A stretch of 20,000 nt of DNA from an uncultured virus (IMG/VR IMGVR_UViG_3300031994_000077) (Duplodnaviria; Heunggongvirae; Uroviricota; Caudoviricetes): IMG/VR virus record IMGVR_UViG_3300031994_000077; one strand, 5' to 3'. Shown here one piece after another: positions 10,101 through 20,000 of this stretch. Each line of letters begins with the position of its first letter. Positions within the stretch are counted from its first letter, which is position 1. The position numbers were made by a program, and so were the translations under genes. The notes below the pieces were generated by a model. The model saw nothing but the letters and a program-made list of their open reading frames with translations. It searched no databases and was not told the DNA's origin.

Positions 10101-13100
10101 AACACCAAATAATGATGGAACTTATAAAGTTGATTTAGCCAGATTACAACAATTATAGCAAAATTTAGGCGCGGCCGCGGATAATAATGCGAAAGAAACC
10201 ATTGCTTCTATAATAGATGACTATATTGCATAGCTTTCTAATATTAGTTCAATTTAGAATTCTGGATATACTAATTTAGGCGATATGCAAAAAATTGCTA
10301 ATGAAATTAATAATGGTAATTTAGACATTTTTGAATGGGATAATCAGTTAAAATCATATGTTTTAAATAGGCAAGGTATAATTTAGCAAGTTTTACATGC
10401 CACCAGTGAATTAAATTCATTGGATTCGGGAAGTCAAGAATATCAAAAAGCTGCACAGCTAATTAAAGTTAATGGGCAGTTATTAGCTGAAAATATTAAT
10501 TTTACTGATTTATTAAATAGTGTAGGTACTAGTGAATATGTAAAGAACGCTTTACAATTTATTGATGCAGTAGAAGATTATAACGCTTATCTTTTAGCTA
10601 CTGGTGAAACCACTTTATTAGATGCTGAAAATTTATTAAAGGCTGTTTCGGAAGGTGGAAAATCCGCCGTAGCAGCGGCGAAAGTAATTGCTTAGGCCAG
10701 CGGTAAATAGCTTACTGGTAAAGATATTGAAGATGCTTATAGATCAAGTGCAGTACAACTTAATACTGCTGTAGATCAACTTGAAACATCAGTCGGCGGA
10801 ATAATTGATAAAATTACTTATAATATTTTAACAGTTAATGGTCAAATAAATACTTAGAATTTTGAAGATCTTGGTGGCGGTAAATATCTTGTAAAAACAG
10901 CAATTGATCTTGTGGATGGATATGAACGTTTACTTTATAAAATGGCAGAAAATGGTACTTCTACATTAGAAGAAATTAATGCTTTAGAAGTAAAAATCCT
11001 CACTCAGGGAAAAAATAAAAGTATGGCCGCTGCAGATTCTTTAAGTGGAATAGCAGATATTAGTTATGATGCTCTTGGGAAAATTGCTCAAGAACTTGGC
11101 AAAGATGTATTTACATTAATTAATGAATTAGGACCTTCTATTGAAGACCTTGGCAATGGTAAAGCTAGAATAACTAATTTTGCTCATTTTGCCAATCTTA
11201 CTGGAATTGAAAAAGGCACAGAAGCATATACAGAGGCTTATATTTCTTATAATGATGCAATTATTAGCAGTTAGAATAAAACTAAAGAAGAATTACTTAA
11301 TACCGTTAAAAATATAAGTAGTGCAAAAGCGGGCGATCAAATTAATGTTGCAACTTTGACTGCTAATTTAGATAATGATATTGTTTATAGTTTAAACGAT
11401 GCATTAAGTAAATATGGGGCCAGAATAAAAAATGGTATATTACAATTAGGCGATAATGCTAATATTGTAGCCGTAACAAAAATTATTTAGGATGCTGCCG
11501 CTGCAACTGGAGAATTAGCTGAGCATGATATAGCAGAGATTTAGGATGCTATTGAGACCTTTCTAAATAATATAACTAATATAATTAAATAGGGTATTGC
11601 TGGTACATTAAATAATACTGGGAAATTAGATTTATAGCAATCTTTGAAATCTGCTTATGGCGTTGAATTAGGTGATTCAGATTTTACAAAAGGCGCAGAA
11701 GGATTTAAGTTAACTGAATAGGCAGCAATTAGAGTTTATAATACAATAAAATAGATTGATACATTATAGGGATAGTTAGTTTTAACTGAATTAAATAATT
11801 CTCTAAAAGAAAGCAATGAGAATTATAAAGGAATGGGCGATATAATGAATCGTATCGCTCAATTGAAGGAAAAAATTGATAATCCAAACGGTGTAAGTTC
11901 AGAAAGATTACAAGAATATAAAGAAGAACTAGCTGTCGCGCAAGAAATAGCTTAGGTAAGGGCAACAACTGATAGCTCAGATTCTTTTGCCTTTATGGAT
12001 AATAAATTACCTGGCGCAATGGAGAATCCACTAACCTATGCAGAAAACTGGGGTAAAGCTATTAACATTCTATAGAAATAGTCTTCTGGTACTAAGAAGG
12101 GCTTTATCGACGCTCGTGACTGGTATAATATTGCTAATGAGATGAATAATATTGCAAAAGTTAGCGGGCAATCAATAGATTTATTTGGTCATACATTAAG
12201 TGGAAAAATGAAAGATGCATCTGAACTTATATAGGCTGGTTTTAGCCATTTAAAGTCTATAGATGGCGGGAAGATGCAAGTAGATTTATCAGCAATGCTG
12301 AGCGGTATTGGTAGTGCTTTTGAAAAAGGAGCGATGGACTCTGAAGGTAGCATTACAAAAGGCATCCATGCTATGGCTAAGTCTTAGATGGACATGCTGG
12401 ATGGTCTTATTGCTGTTCTTGAAACCGTTGTTGCAATGCAAGATGCATTTTCTGGACTCGATGCGGGAAAAGACTAGAAGCTTGATTTTGATGAGCTGTT
12501 TGAAAATTTAATACCAACAGGTGATTTAAAAACTGCTGCAGAAAGATTATTAGACAAATTTCCTGACCTTAAAGACCCAAACAATCCATTAACACAAATT
12601 AAAATTAATGGTGAAACGTTGGCTAAATTGTTAGAAGACGCTAAAAATCAAGTTAAATTTTCAGAAGAAAATGCTAGGGGACTAGCAGCAGCGATAAGCG
12701 CTTTATATCAGGCTATGCTTTCTGGTAATTATGATTTAGACAATATTTATGATAGTGTAAAATAGGTATTATAGCAATCTGGCTTAATTAATGGAAAATT
12801 ATCAATTGATGTTGGTACAACAACCTTATATCTTACTGGTAATGTTATTACTTAGATAGACTGGGGTTCAGATAAAGTTAAAGAAGCCATTAAAAAAGCT
12901 TTTGGAGAAGAGAATAATGCAGATGGTAAGACACCAGAAGAGCAAGCTAGAGAAGTTATGGATGACTTTTCTAAAAATCCGTAGTAGCTGCTAAAAGAGG
13001 CCGATGCCAATAAGTTAAAATTTATTTTATCTGTTAGTTCAGAAGTCACCATTGATGAAAAAACTGGGGAATATATTGTTGATGGACATCGTTTTACAGA

Positions 13101-16100
13101 CGAAAAAGAAGCTTATTAGGCATTATTATTAAAGAAAGCTTCTAAAAATGCGGAACTTACTTTTACTAAAGATGAAAATGGCAAAGAAAAATTAACTGGC
13201 GCTGTAATTAAAGGTACGGAAAATGCTCAGGTTGAAATGACCATTGATTCAGATGGTAATATTTGGTATGTATATAAAGGTGAAAATGGAGTAGGCAAAG
13301 CTAAAACACCTCAAGAAGCTATTAGAAATTATTTTAGAAATCATCAAGATGAATGGGGAGACAGTTTAACTTTAGATGACGTAGTTCATAAGAAATCAGT
13401 TGAATTCAATATAGATGCTTCTACGGGCATTACTTTTGGTGGAAAAGATAAAGAAGGTAATAAGACAGATAAGCCTACTTTAGCATAGTCTAAAATGGCG
13501 TAGGAATTACTTAATAACCCCAATATATAGACATATGAATAGTTAAGAAAATATTCCGAAGAAAATCCAGAATTAGGACTTGAAGTAGATACTACATTAA
13601 AAGGACCGTTATCTGTTGCTGACATGCAAAAAATTGCTGAAATATATGGTGTTGACTATAAAATGGAATCTAAATAGTTATCTCTTTCGGTTTCATTAGC
13701 AGAAGGCACCTCAGCAACGTTATAGAATCTTTTAACTGGTGAAAATGCTACCGCCACTCTTGAAATTACCCCCACTATTGTTGGTTCCACTACTTCCGGA
13801 GAAGGCACTGAAAACGGTCTTCAGCTAGGAGAGTAGCTAATAAATGCGCCAATAAGAATCAATCCAACCGATGTTCAGTTAAATGGCAATACTTTCTTAT
13901 ATGATAAAGCCTTGACTGTATATGCAGCAATATCTAACTTAAAGCTATTACCAGGAGAAGGTGGAACTACTGCGGTTGAAGGCGGAACTGGGAATCCATT
14001 ATCTGAGCAGGCAAAAGCGTAGTTACAATAGATAGTAGATACTATTTGGAGCGATGAGAGTATAAATACCGTAAAAGCACTTCAAGCAACAGCTTATCTT
14101 GGAGAAATTCTCTTTGCAACAAATGAGGCAACTGTAAATACTCCACCGAAAATAGTTGTACCACAAGACTGGATTGGAGAAAAAAGTCTTTTAAAGGTAG
14201 ACAAGATTTTAACATTCTTATATGATCTAGAATATAAACCCACAGAAGCGGCAAAAGCTGAAACTATATAGGTAGATACACCTGGCCCATTAGAAACGAT
14301 AGACATAGAACAGCCATATCGTATTGTGTTCGTTCCAGAAGGTGAAGGTGGTGAGAACGAGCCTCAACAACCCGCTGGGCTTTCAATGGGTGCTGAATAG
14401 ATTCAAGGTGGAATTATCGCTGGTAATTCTGATTATTCCGACTATTTAACTTCTATGTCGCAATACTTATAGAAAGGCGGCACGCTTAGCCAAGCAGGAG
14501 CTAATAGCATAAGTTAGATTGCTAACGCGACAAGAGATAATGCAGGAACCCAAGAATTCTATGAGCAATTCTTTGGAGAAAATGGGTTATTTAATATTGA
14601 TGATAATGGTAATATCTCGGCTATGACTACTTAGTTATAGGACATGGGTGAAGCGCTGAGTGATGGTGAACTTATTAGTAACATGTAGAATTTAAGTACA
14701 TTAGTACTTGAAGTTAATTCTACGGATTCAAATGGGCTAGCTGCACTTTGGACAGTACTAACAGAGTTAAAAGACGCTGCAAGTGTCTTTATGGAAGGGC
14801 CTTGGAAAGATGTTACTAGTGTATTAAATGATTTAAGCTCATTAAATATTGAAGCCAAGACCTTAACTATTGATACGGTTCTAACTGGTGAAACTTGGGC
14901 GTTAGAGTTACTTAAAGATTTATCTAATTCTACAATGAATTTTAATTTAAATCTTGGTGGTACTACAACTACGACAACGCCAACACCAGGGCTTCCAGGG
15001 CAAAATCCCGATATGACGCAATTCCCACAAACTGGCGGTATGCAAGGTACATATGCTGCGGCTTATGCTGGAGTAGGAGTAGGAGTAGGAGTAGGAGGCC
15101 AATATGGTGCTACACCATATGGTAATATGGCAAGTGCTACTCCTGCAACGCCACCCACTCAAGAGCAGCCAGAACTTGATACTGATAAAATGGAAGAAGG
15201 CATCGAAGAGACTAATGAACAAATAAACGCAATGGCCGAAGCAAGTGCTAAGGTGGCAGAAGGAGCAGGTGAGTTTGCGTCACAAACCGAAGCCGTAGCA
15301 GGAGCTATGGAAGAAGCAGATAGTACTATAATAACTCTTCAAGCGGGTGTTTCTACTTTCGCTACTAATGCTGGGACTGGTGCTGCGAATGCAGAAGCTG
15401 CTGCACAAGCTTTAATAAAAATACCAAAGAAAATTCCTATTAAAGCAGAAGTTGATTTATCTGTTAAGGCGGATATGACCGGTGGTGTTGCTCCGGCAAA
15501 AGGTGGGGCGTTAAGCGTAGAAGTTCGTGATGTAAGATTGGAGCAGTCAGAATTTGTCTTATCAGAAGCCAAAGGCACCAATCTTGCCTTACCAAAAGGC
15601 AATGCTCAAACTCTTATGGGCGAACTTGGCCCTGAACTTTATGTCACTAACGGTAGATATTATGTTGCTGGACAAAATGGCCCTGAGTTTGTTGATTTAC
15701 CAAAAGATGCTATCGTATTTAATCATGTAAAAACAAGATAGCTCTTAAAGAACGGAAAAACTAGCGGGCATGGTAAGCCAGTTACAAATGAAAAGAATGC
15801 CATCTCATTCGCTACTGGTACTCCTGGTGGCCCCGCTATGGCGAGTGCAAGTGCGGCCCTCGCCGCATTAAAGCAACTGCGTGCGATGTGGGCTTCACTA
15901 CTTAAATCCAGCGCCAAAGACTTAGGCTCTTAGGCCGGTCGTGGTGGCGGAGGCGGAGGCGATGATGCCGGTAAGTACGTACAGCCAACCACTACTACCG
16001 CGGATATTCAACGTTGGTATAACTGGCTACGCTAGATTGATAAGATTGAAAAAGATATTACTTATCAAGAGAAGCTACAAAAGAAGTATGAAACCGATAG

Positions 16101-18858
16101 AGTAGCAAATGGTTAGAAAATCTTTGATACTTAGAAAGAGCGCTTAAAATTATTAGACCAAGAAATATTAAGGAATGAGCGTTTAGCTGATTTACAAAAG
16201 AGTTGGTATGATAATAAGAGAAAAGAGCTAGAAGAATCTTCCTATGGTAAAATTTTCACTTATGATGAAAATGGTTTACAACAATATGTTGGTTCTGGTA
16301 AACCTGGCTCTGGGCTTGGTCTTGATATATTAGAGCATCTTACTAAGAGAGACGTGCGCGGCGAAGCCATTGGAGATGCCGCGACTTCCAAGGCGCAGTT
16401 AAAATATTTAGCAAGCGTTGGCTTTAACTTAAATGACTTAATTTACAACGACGATGGCACAAAAGTTGTAAAGAAAATTAACTAGAAAACATTAGGCTTA
16501 ACTCGTATGCCTGATGATGAAGATACTGATGCTAGTGAGCTTTACACTAAGTTAATGGAAAACTTCTGGTCTAGGGTCGATGGCTGGCGCGATGAATTAG
16601 ATAGCCTATATGACAGTTATCAGCAACAGTTAGCTAAAATTGAAGATAATCAGACTAAACAGAATTAGATTATAGAAGGATTTGTAAAGAATGAGTTAAG
16701 TGTTGAAAAAGAATTGCTGAAAGCTGTTGAAGCGCGCGAGCAGGCTGTTATTGACAAACTACAAGAGCAGAAGGATGCGCTAGAAAAAGCTAATGCGAAC
16801 TATATCAAAGGCATATAGAAAGCGCTAGAAAAAGAGCGTCAGATTGAGCAGAAGAATGACGAGCAAGAAAATTTAACTAAGTTACAACGTCAACTTAGCA
16901 TTCTACAACGCTCAGGTGGCGGCGCCGCGCAGATAAAGCAACTTCAAGACCAAATTGCTCAGTCTTAGAAAGATATGTATTTTAATGACAGATAGGAAGA
17001 GATAAATGCTGTACAAGAAGCCTCTGATAAGTAGCTTGAAAAACTTGACCAGCAAATTCAGATTCTTACTGAAACATTAGAATATCAGAAAAAGAATGGG
17101 CTACTTTGGAATCAGGTGCGCGAGATTATGGAAGGTGGCGATGAATTCGCTACTGCTTTCTATGATAAATGGGTTACTTCTAAATCTGGTGAGTCTGCCT
17201 TAAATATGGAAGAAGATTTACGAAGCTTCAAAGAATTATTCCAAGAGTGGGTTGGTTTCAGAGAAAGTAAAGAAGAAGATAGACTTGCTAAGGAAGATAT
17301 GGAGTCTATTGCTAATTCTGAAAAATATGGAGAATCTAATGCTAATTATTTAGAAGGATTCGCAGATGATAAAGAACGAAGTGCCGCGCAAAAAGCTGCG
17401 GAAGACGCTGCTAATGCTGCGCGTGATAATTACTTAAAGAGCCATGAAGATGAGGATGAAGCAAGCCGTGAAGCTAATGCACGGGCGGCCGCGGAAAAAG
17501 CTTATCATGAATCTTTACAAAGTAGTTATATGAGTACTACTGGTAATAAAGAAGCGAATCAATAGTTCGCTGAAAATTATGGAAGCTGGTTAGAGAATAG
17601 GCGTATTTCCGATGCTAATGATTTTACTAATACCGAAACATTTAAATAGAATGAAAGTGTATTTAAAAATGCTATGCAGGCTTACTACTTGGAGCATAGA
17701 AATGATGAAGGAGTAAGTGAACAAGAGCTTTGGCAAAACGCTATTAATGCTGGCTAGTAGGCTCTTAAAGAAGATATTGAAGAGAATTATTAGGAAGCCT
17801 CGGAAAATAGCGCATAGGTTATTGGCGGAAAAGCCGTCAGCTATACTTATGATTCCGTAAAAGGAAAAATGAAAAAGAATAGCAAGATTACTTATGGTGA
17901 AGGAACATCATTAAGCTTTGAAGAAGCAAAAGAAGTCCCCGAAGGAAAGAAACTTAAACATTATTTACGTGTTGCAGGCACTGGTAATTGGGTACTTGCT
18001 AATGGCATTTATACAGGTGAAAGAATTTATAGTCAGTTAGCTGGAAATCAGGCTTGGTAGAGTTGGAATGGAAATCTTGCTGGCGCGATAAATGGCATGA
18101 ATGGTTATTATGGAGCTAATGGATTAACTAATACTGTTGACATATCGGATTTAAAGAGTGGCAATTTAAAGTTCCCTGGAACTTAGATTCCATTAGAGAA
18201 TGGCGGCTTTGCTACTCTTGGTAAGAATGGCAATACGGTTAGAATTTCTGATTTTAGCAGTATAACATTTGATAAAAAGAATCCTGACAAGAAGATTAGT
18301 AAGCTTGGAAAAAATATGACTATTACGGCTATTTAGACCCCTGACATGAGTAAGATGGAAAATCTTTAGAATCCAATAACTATAAAAACTAATGGTACTA
18401 TAAAGAAAAAATTAAATGATTTATTAGCTGCTGACAGTGGTAGCTTAAAGAATCTATTACAATACTTGGGCAATTATGATATTAATGAAATCAGACGCTA
18501 TGCGGCTGGTGGCATGAATTATTACACTGGTCCCGCGTGGTTGGATGGTTCTAAGACAAGGCCAGAAGCTGTACTTAATTCTTCCCAGACTTCTTTCTTA
18601 CGTAATGACTTATTAGGTAATTCTAAGGATTCATTAAAATCCATAGTTTATTCCTTACAAGATAGTATTCGTGGCGCGGCCATAGGCAGCAGTTCTACAA
18701 CTAATAATGATGGTATGGTAATTGAAAATATAGATGTTACCTTCTCTCCTGGCGTAATTAGTAATGATTACGATATGCGGCAAGCGAGTGAGGTATTCAA
18801 GAACGAAATTGTTAAGATAGCTAGAAAATCTGGCAGTAGAAGTGTTTCAAGGAGGTAA
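4105..18858 (+). CDS. Giant tail tape measure protein, ~4,917 aa (TAG=Gln)
   Basis: AAGGAG at 4088-4093 and GTG 4105, directly after an in-frame TAA. Reading frame 1 codon by codon I found no TAA/TGA until 18856-18858, but about 125 TAGs. All frame-1 track ORFs from 5770 to 18858 are pieces of this gene. TP901-type TMP core at ~5650-6560 (ELDKTITEIAIVTDMSQSDLWGQM...VDVYSAIAAKSATDVSELAVAMSKTASSA...TQRYIATVMAGNRQQSRFLAL). Hydrophobic/Gly-rich segments at ~6670-6770 and ~7045-7260, long coiled coils, and a TMP-type C-terminal motif YAAGGMNYYTGPAWLDGSKTRPEAVLN. Confidence 0.93.
15070..15097 (+). repeat. Hexamer tandem repeat (GGAGTA)x4 + GGAG encoding (Gly-Val)4 within the tape measure gene
   Basis: Read directly: ggagtaggagtaggagtaggagtaggag. 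The unit length preserves the reading frame. Confidence 0.9.
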
Positions 18859-18859
18859 A

Positions 18860-20000
18860 ATGATTATGGCAACTTTAACAGGCCAAGAAGAACTTAGTAA
18901 CACTCCTAAAAGAACACAAACTTTTCAAGCAACGCATGATGGGGCAGGCAACAGCCTGCCCCTCTACCTGCGTTCTTTTTTAAGTTTTTCTTATGGAGGA
19001 AAAGCAATAGAGGAATTTTCATTAATAGTTACTTATGATGAAAGAATTGAAAAAGGAATTTATTCAGAATTTGAAGATGCGACTAGTGATTATACGACTG
19101 TTGACGGGCAGTATTATTGGGGCACTAGGATGGAACCGTTAGAATTAGAATTTACATTATCTACTGATTATATGGATTAGAAGACGATGGAAGATTTTAA
19201 AGCTTGGTTCAGACCTGGTGTCGAACGCGCGCTGATTTTATCAGAGCATCCTAATAGGTATATAATGGCTCGTGTTTCAGAACCGCCAGAAATGGATATG
19301 ACTCCTTTTGGAGAAGAAGTTGATGTAGAGATAAATGGGAAAACTTATAAGACAATGACTACTATATATAGGGGAGACATAACATTAAATTTTGTTATGG
19401 ATTATCCATATTGGACTGGAATATTAAATTATATGCCGTATTTAATTACTGGAAATAATGAAACAAATAATGAATAGGCTTCTACTTTATTAGAATAGTT
19501 AAAATCTGCTGAAAGTATAAATACTTTGTCTAGTAAAGACGCATTAAAAATATGCTTAGAAGATAATATCCCTCATGGTTTAGGATTGTATAGTAAAGAT
19601 AGTGCTTTTATATTAGGTAATAAAGATTTATATACAGGTAAAATAACGTTATCACGGGTACCAGGAGTAGTAAAAGCCGGCGTATCAGAAGAGACCGCAA
19701 AAGATACCGACTATATACGAACTGATGCGAATGCGCCGGAAAGTGCGTGGCCCTATGTCAATAGTTCTTATATACAATATATTCCAACTGATGGTACTGC
19801 GATAACAGATATTTCTTCAACGCCAAGTGCAGGCGACAACAATCCTACTGCTCCATTTGTAGTTAATTATAACGTTAATTCAATTCCAATGGACTTATCA
19901 CAAGGCGAGACGAAATATTTATTTTATAGCGGCACCGCGCCCTCAAAGCCCTTTATATCTTTTAAATTACAATTTACTTTTGATGATAATGGGTACATAA
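18860..20000 (+). CDS. Distal tail (Dit-like / baseplate hub) protein; 3'-truncated (TAG=Gln)
   Basis: AGGAGG at 18850-18855 overlaps the end of the TMP gene; start is ATG 18860 or 18866. Frame 2 is open to the window end with TAGs at 19178, 19475 and 19496, joining track ORFs 18842..19180 and 19187..19477. SFSYGGKAIEEFSLIV...VDGQYYWGTRMEPLELEFTLSTDYMDQKTMEDFKAWFRPGVERALILSEHPNRYIMARV resembles siphophage Dit N-terminal domains, and the gene is in the canonical position after the TMP. Confidence 0.8.

Noticed and set aside
7484..12511. Off-frame + strand ORFs 7484..7783 and 12308..12511
   Set aside because: Both are nested out of frame in the TMP gene, and their composition is typical of shifted-frame translation.
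15093..15226. AGGAGG at 15093-15098 followed by an out-of-frame ATG at 15104 (about 40 codons)
   Set aside because: The SD-like sequence is a by-product of the Gly-Val/Gly-Gly codons, and the peptide has no supporting features.
2065..15917. Minus-strand ORFs in the track (2065..2253, 5339..5554, 11729..11968, 12852..13052, 13386..13625, 14042..14306, 14631..14858, 14947..15222, 15339..15602, 15723..15917)
   Set aside because: They are short antisense shadows of the long + strand genes, with no recognisable protein features.
4105..18858. Interpretation as a decayed prophage or pseudogene cluster with many nonsense mutations
   Set aside because: All interruptions are TAG. There are no in-frame TAA/TGA and no frameshifts over 14.7 kb, and RBSs and terminators are intact.
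18842..18859. Track start GTG 18842 for the Dit-like gene
   Set aside because: The AGGAGG RBS lies downstream of it (18850-18855), which favours ATG 18860 or 18866.
1..20000. TAG as pyrrolysine, or additional reassignment of TGA/TAA
   Set aside because: TAG is far too frequent, sits in Gln-like contexts and complements CAG depletion. TGA (768, 1282) and TAA occur in frame only at gene ends.
19998..20000. Terminal TAA as the stop of the last gene
   Set aside because: It is out of frame. Frame 2 reads ...GGG TAC ATA A and continues beyond the window.
1..20000. Suppressor tRNA, CRISPR array, intron/intein, tail sheath gene, or lytic (transglycosylase/peptidase) domain in the TMP
   Set aside because: Intergenic gaps are under 70 nt and are occupied by RBSs and terminators. 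I recognised no such motifs, though a divergent enzymatic domain in the TMP cannot be excluded without profile searches.

Overview
This window is the tail-morphogenesis module of a large, AT-rich tailed phage, probably a siphovirus. Strong AGGAGG ribosome-binding sites suggest a Firmicutes-type host. The phage does not use the standard genetic code: TAG is a sense codon, almost certainly Gln (code 15-like), and only TAA and TGA terminate. Read that way, the fragmented ORF track collapses into seven tightly packed + strand genes. These are an Ig-domain neck-type protein (<1-768), a probable tail-completion protein (779-1282), a chaperone-like protein (1269-2042), the major tail tube protein (2069-3097, no TAG), a diverged tail-tube paralog (3160-4038), a giant ~4,917-aa tape measure protein (4105-18858) and a distal tail (Dit-like) protein (18860->20000). 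The tape measure gene has about 125 in-frame TAGs by my hand count and no in-frame TAA/TGA. Two intrinsic terminators flank the tube paralog. I see no suppressor tRNA or release-factor gene in this window. All counts are manual, and product calls rest on motif recognition and gene order, not database searches.
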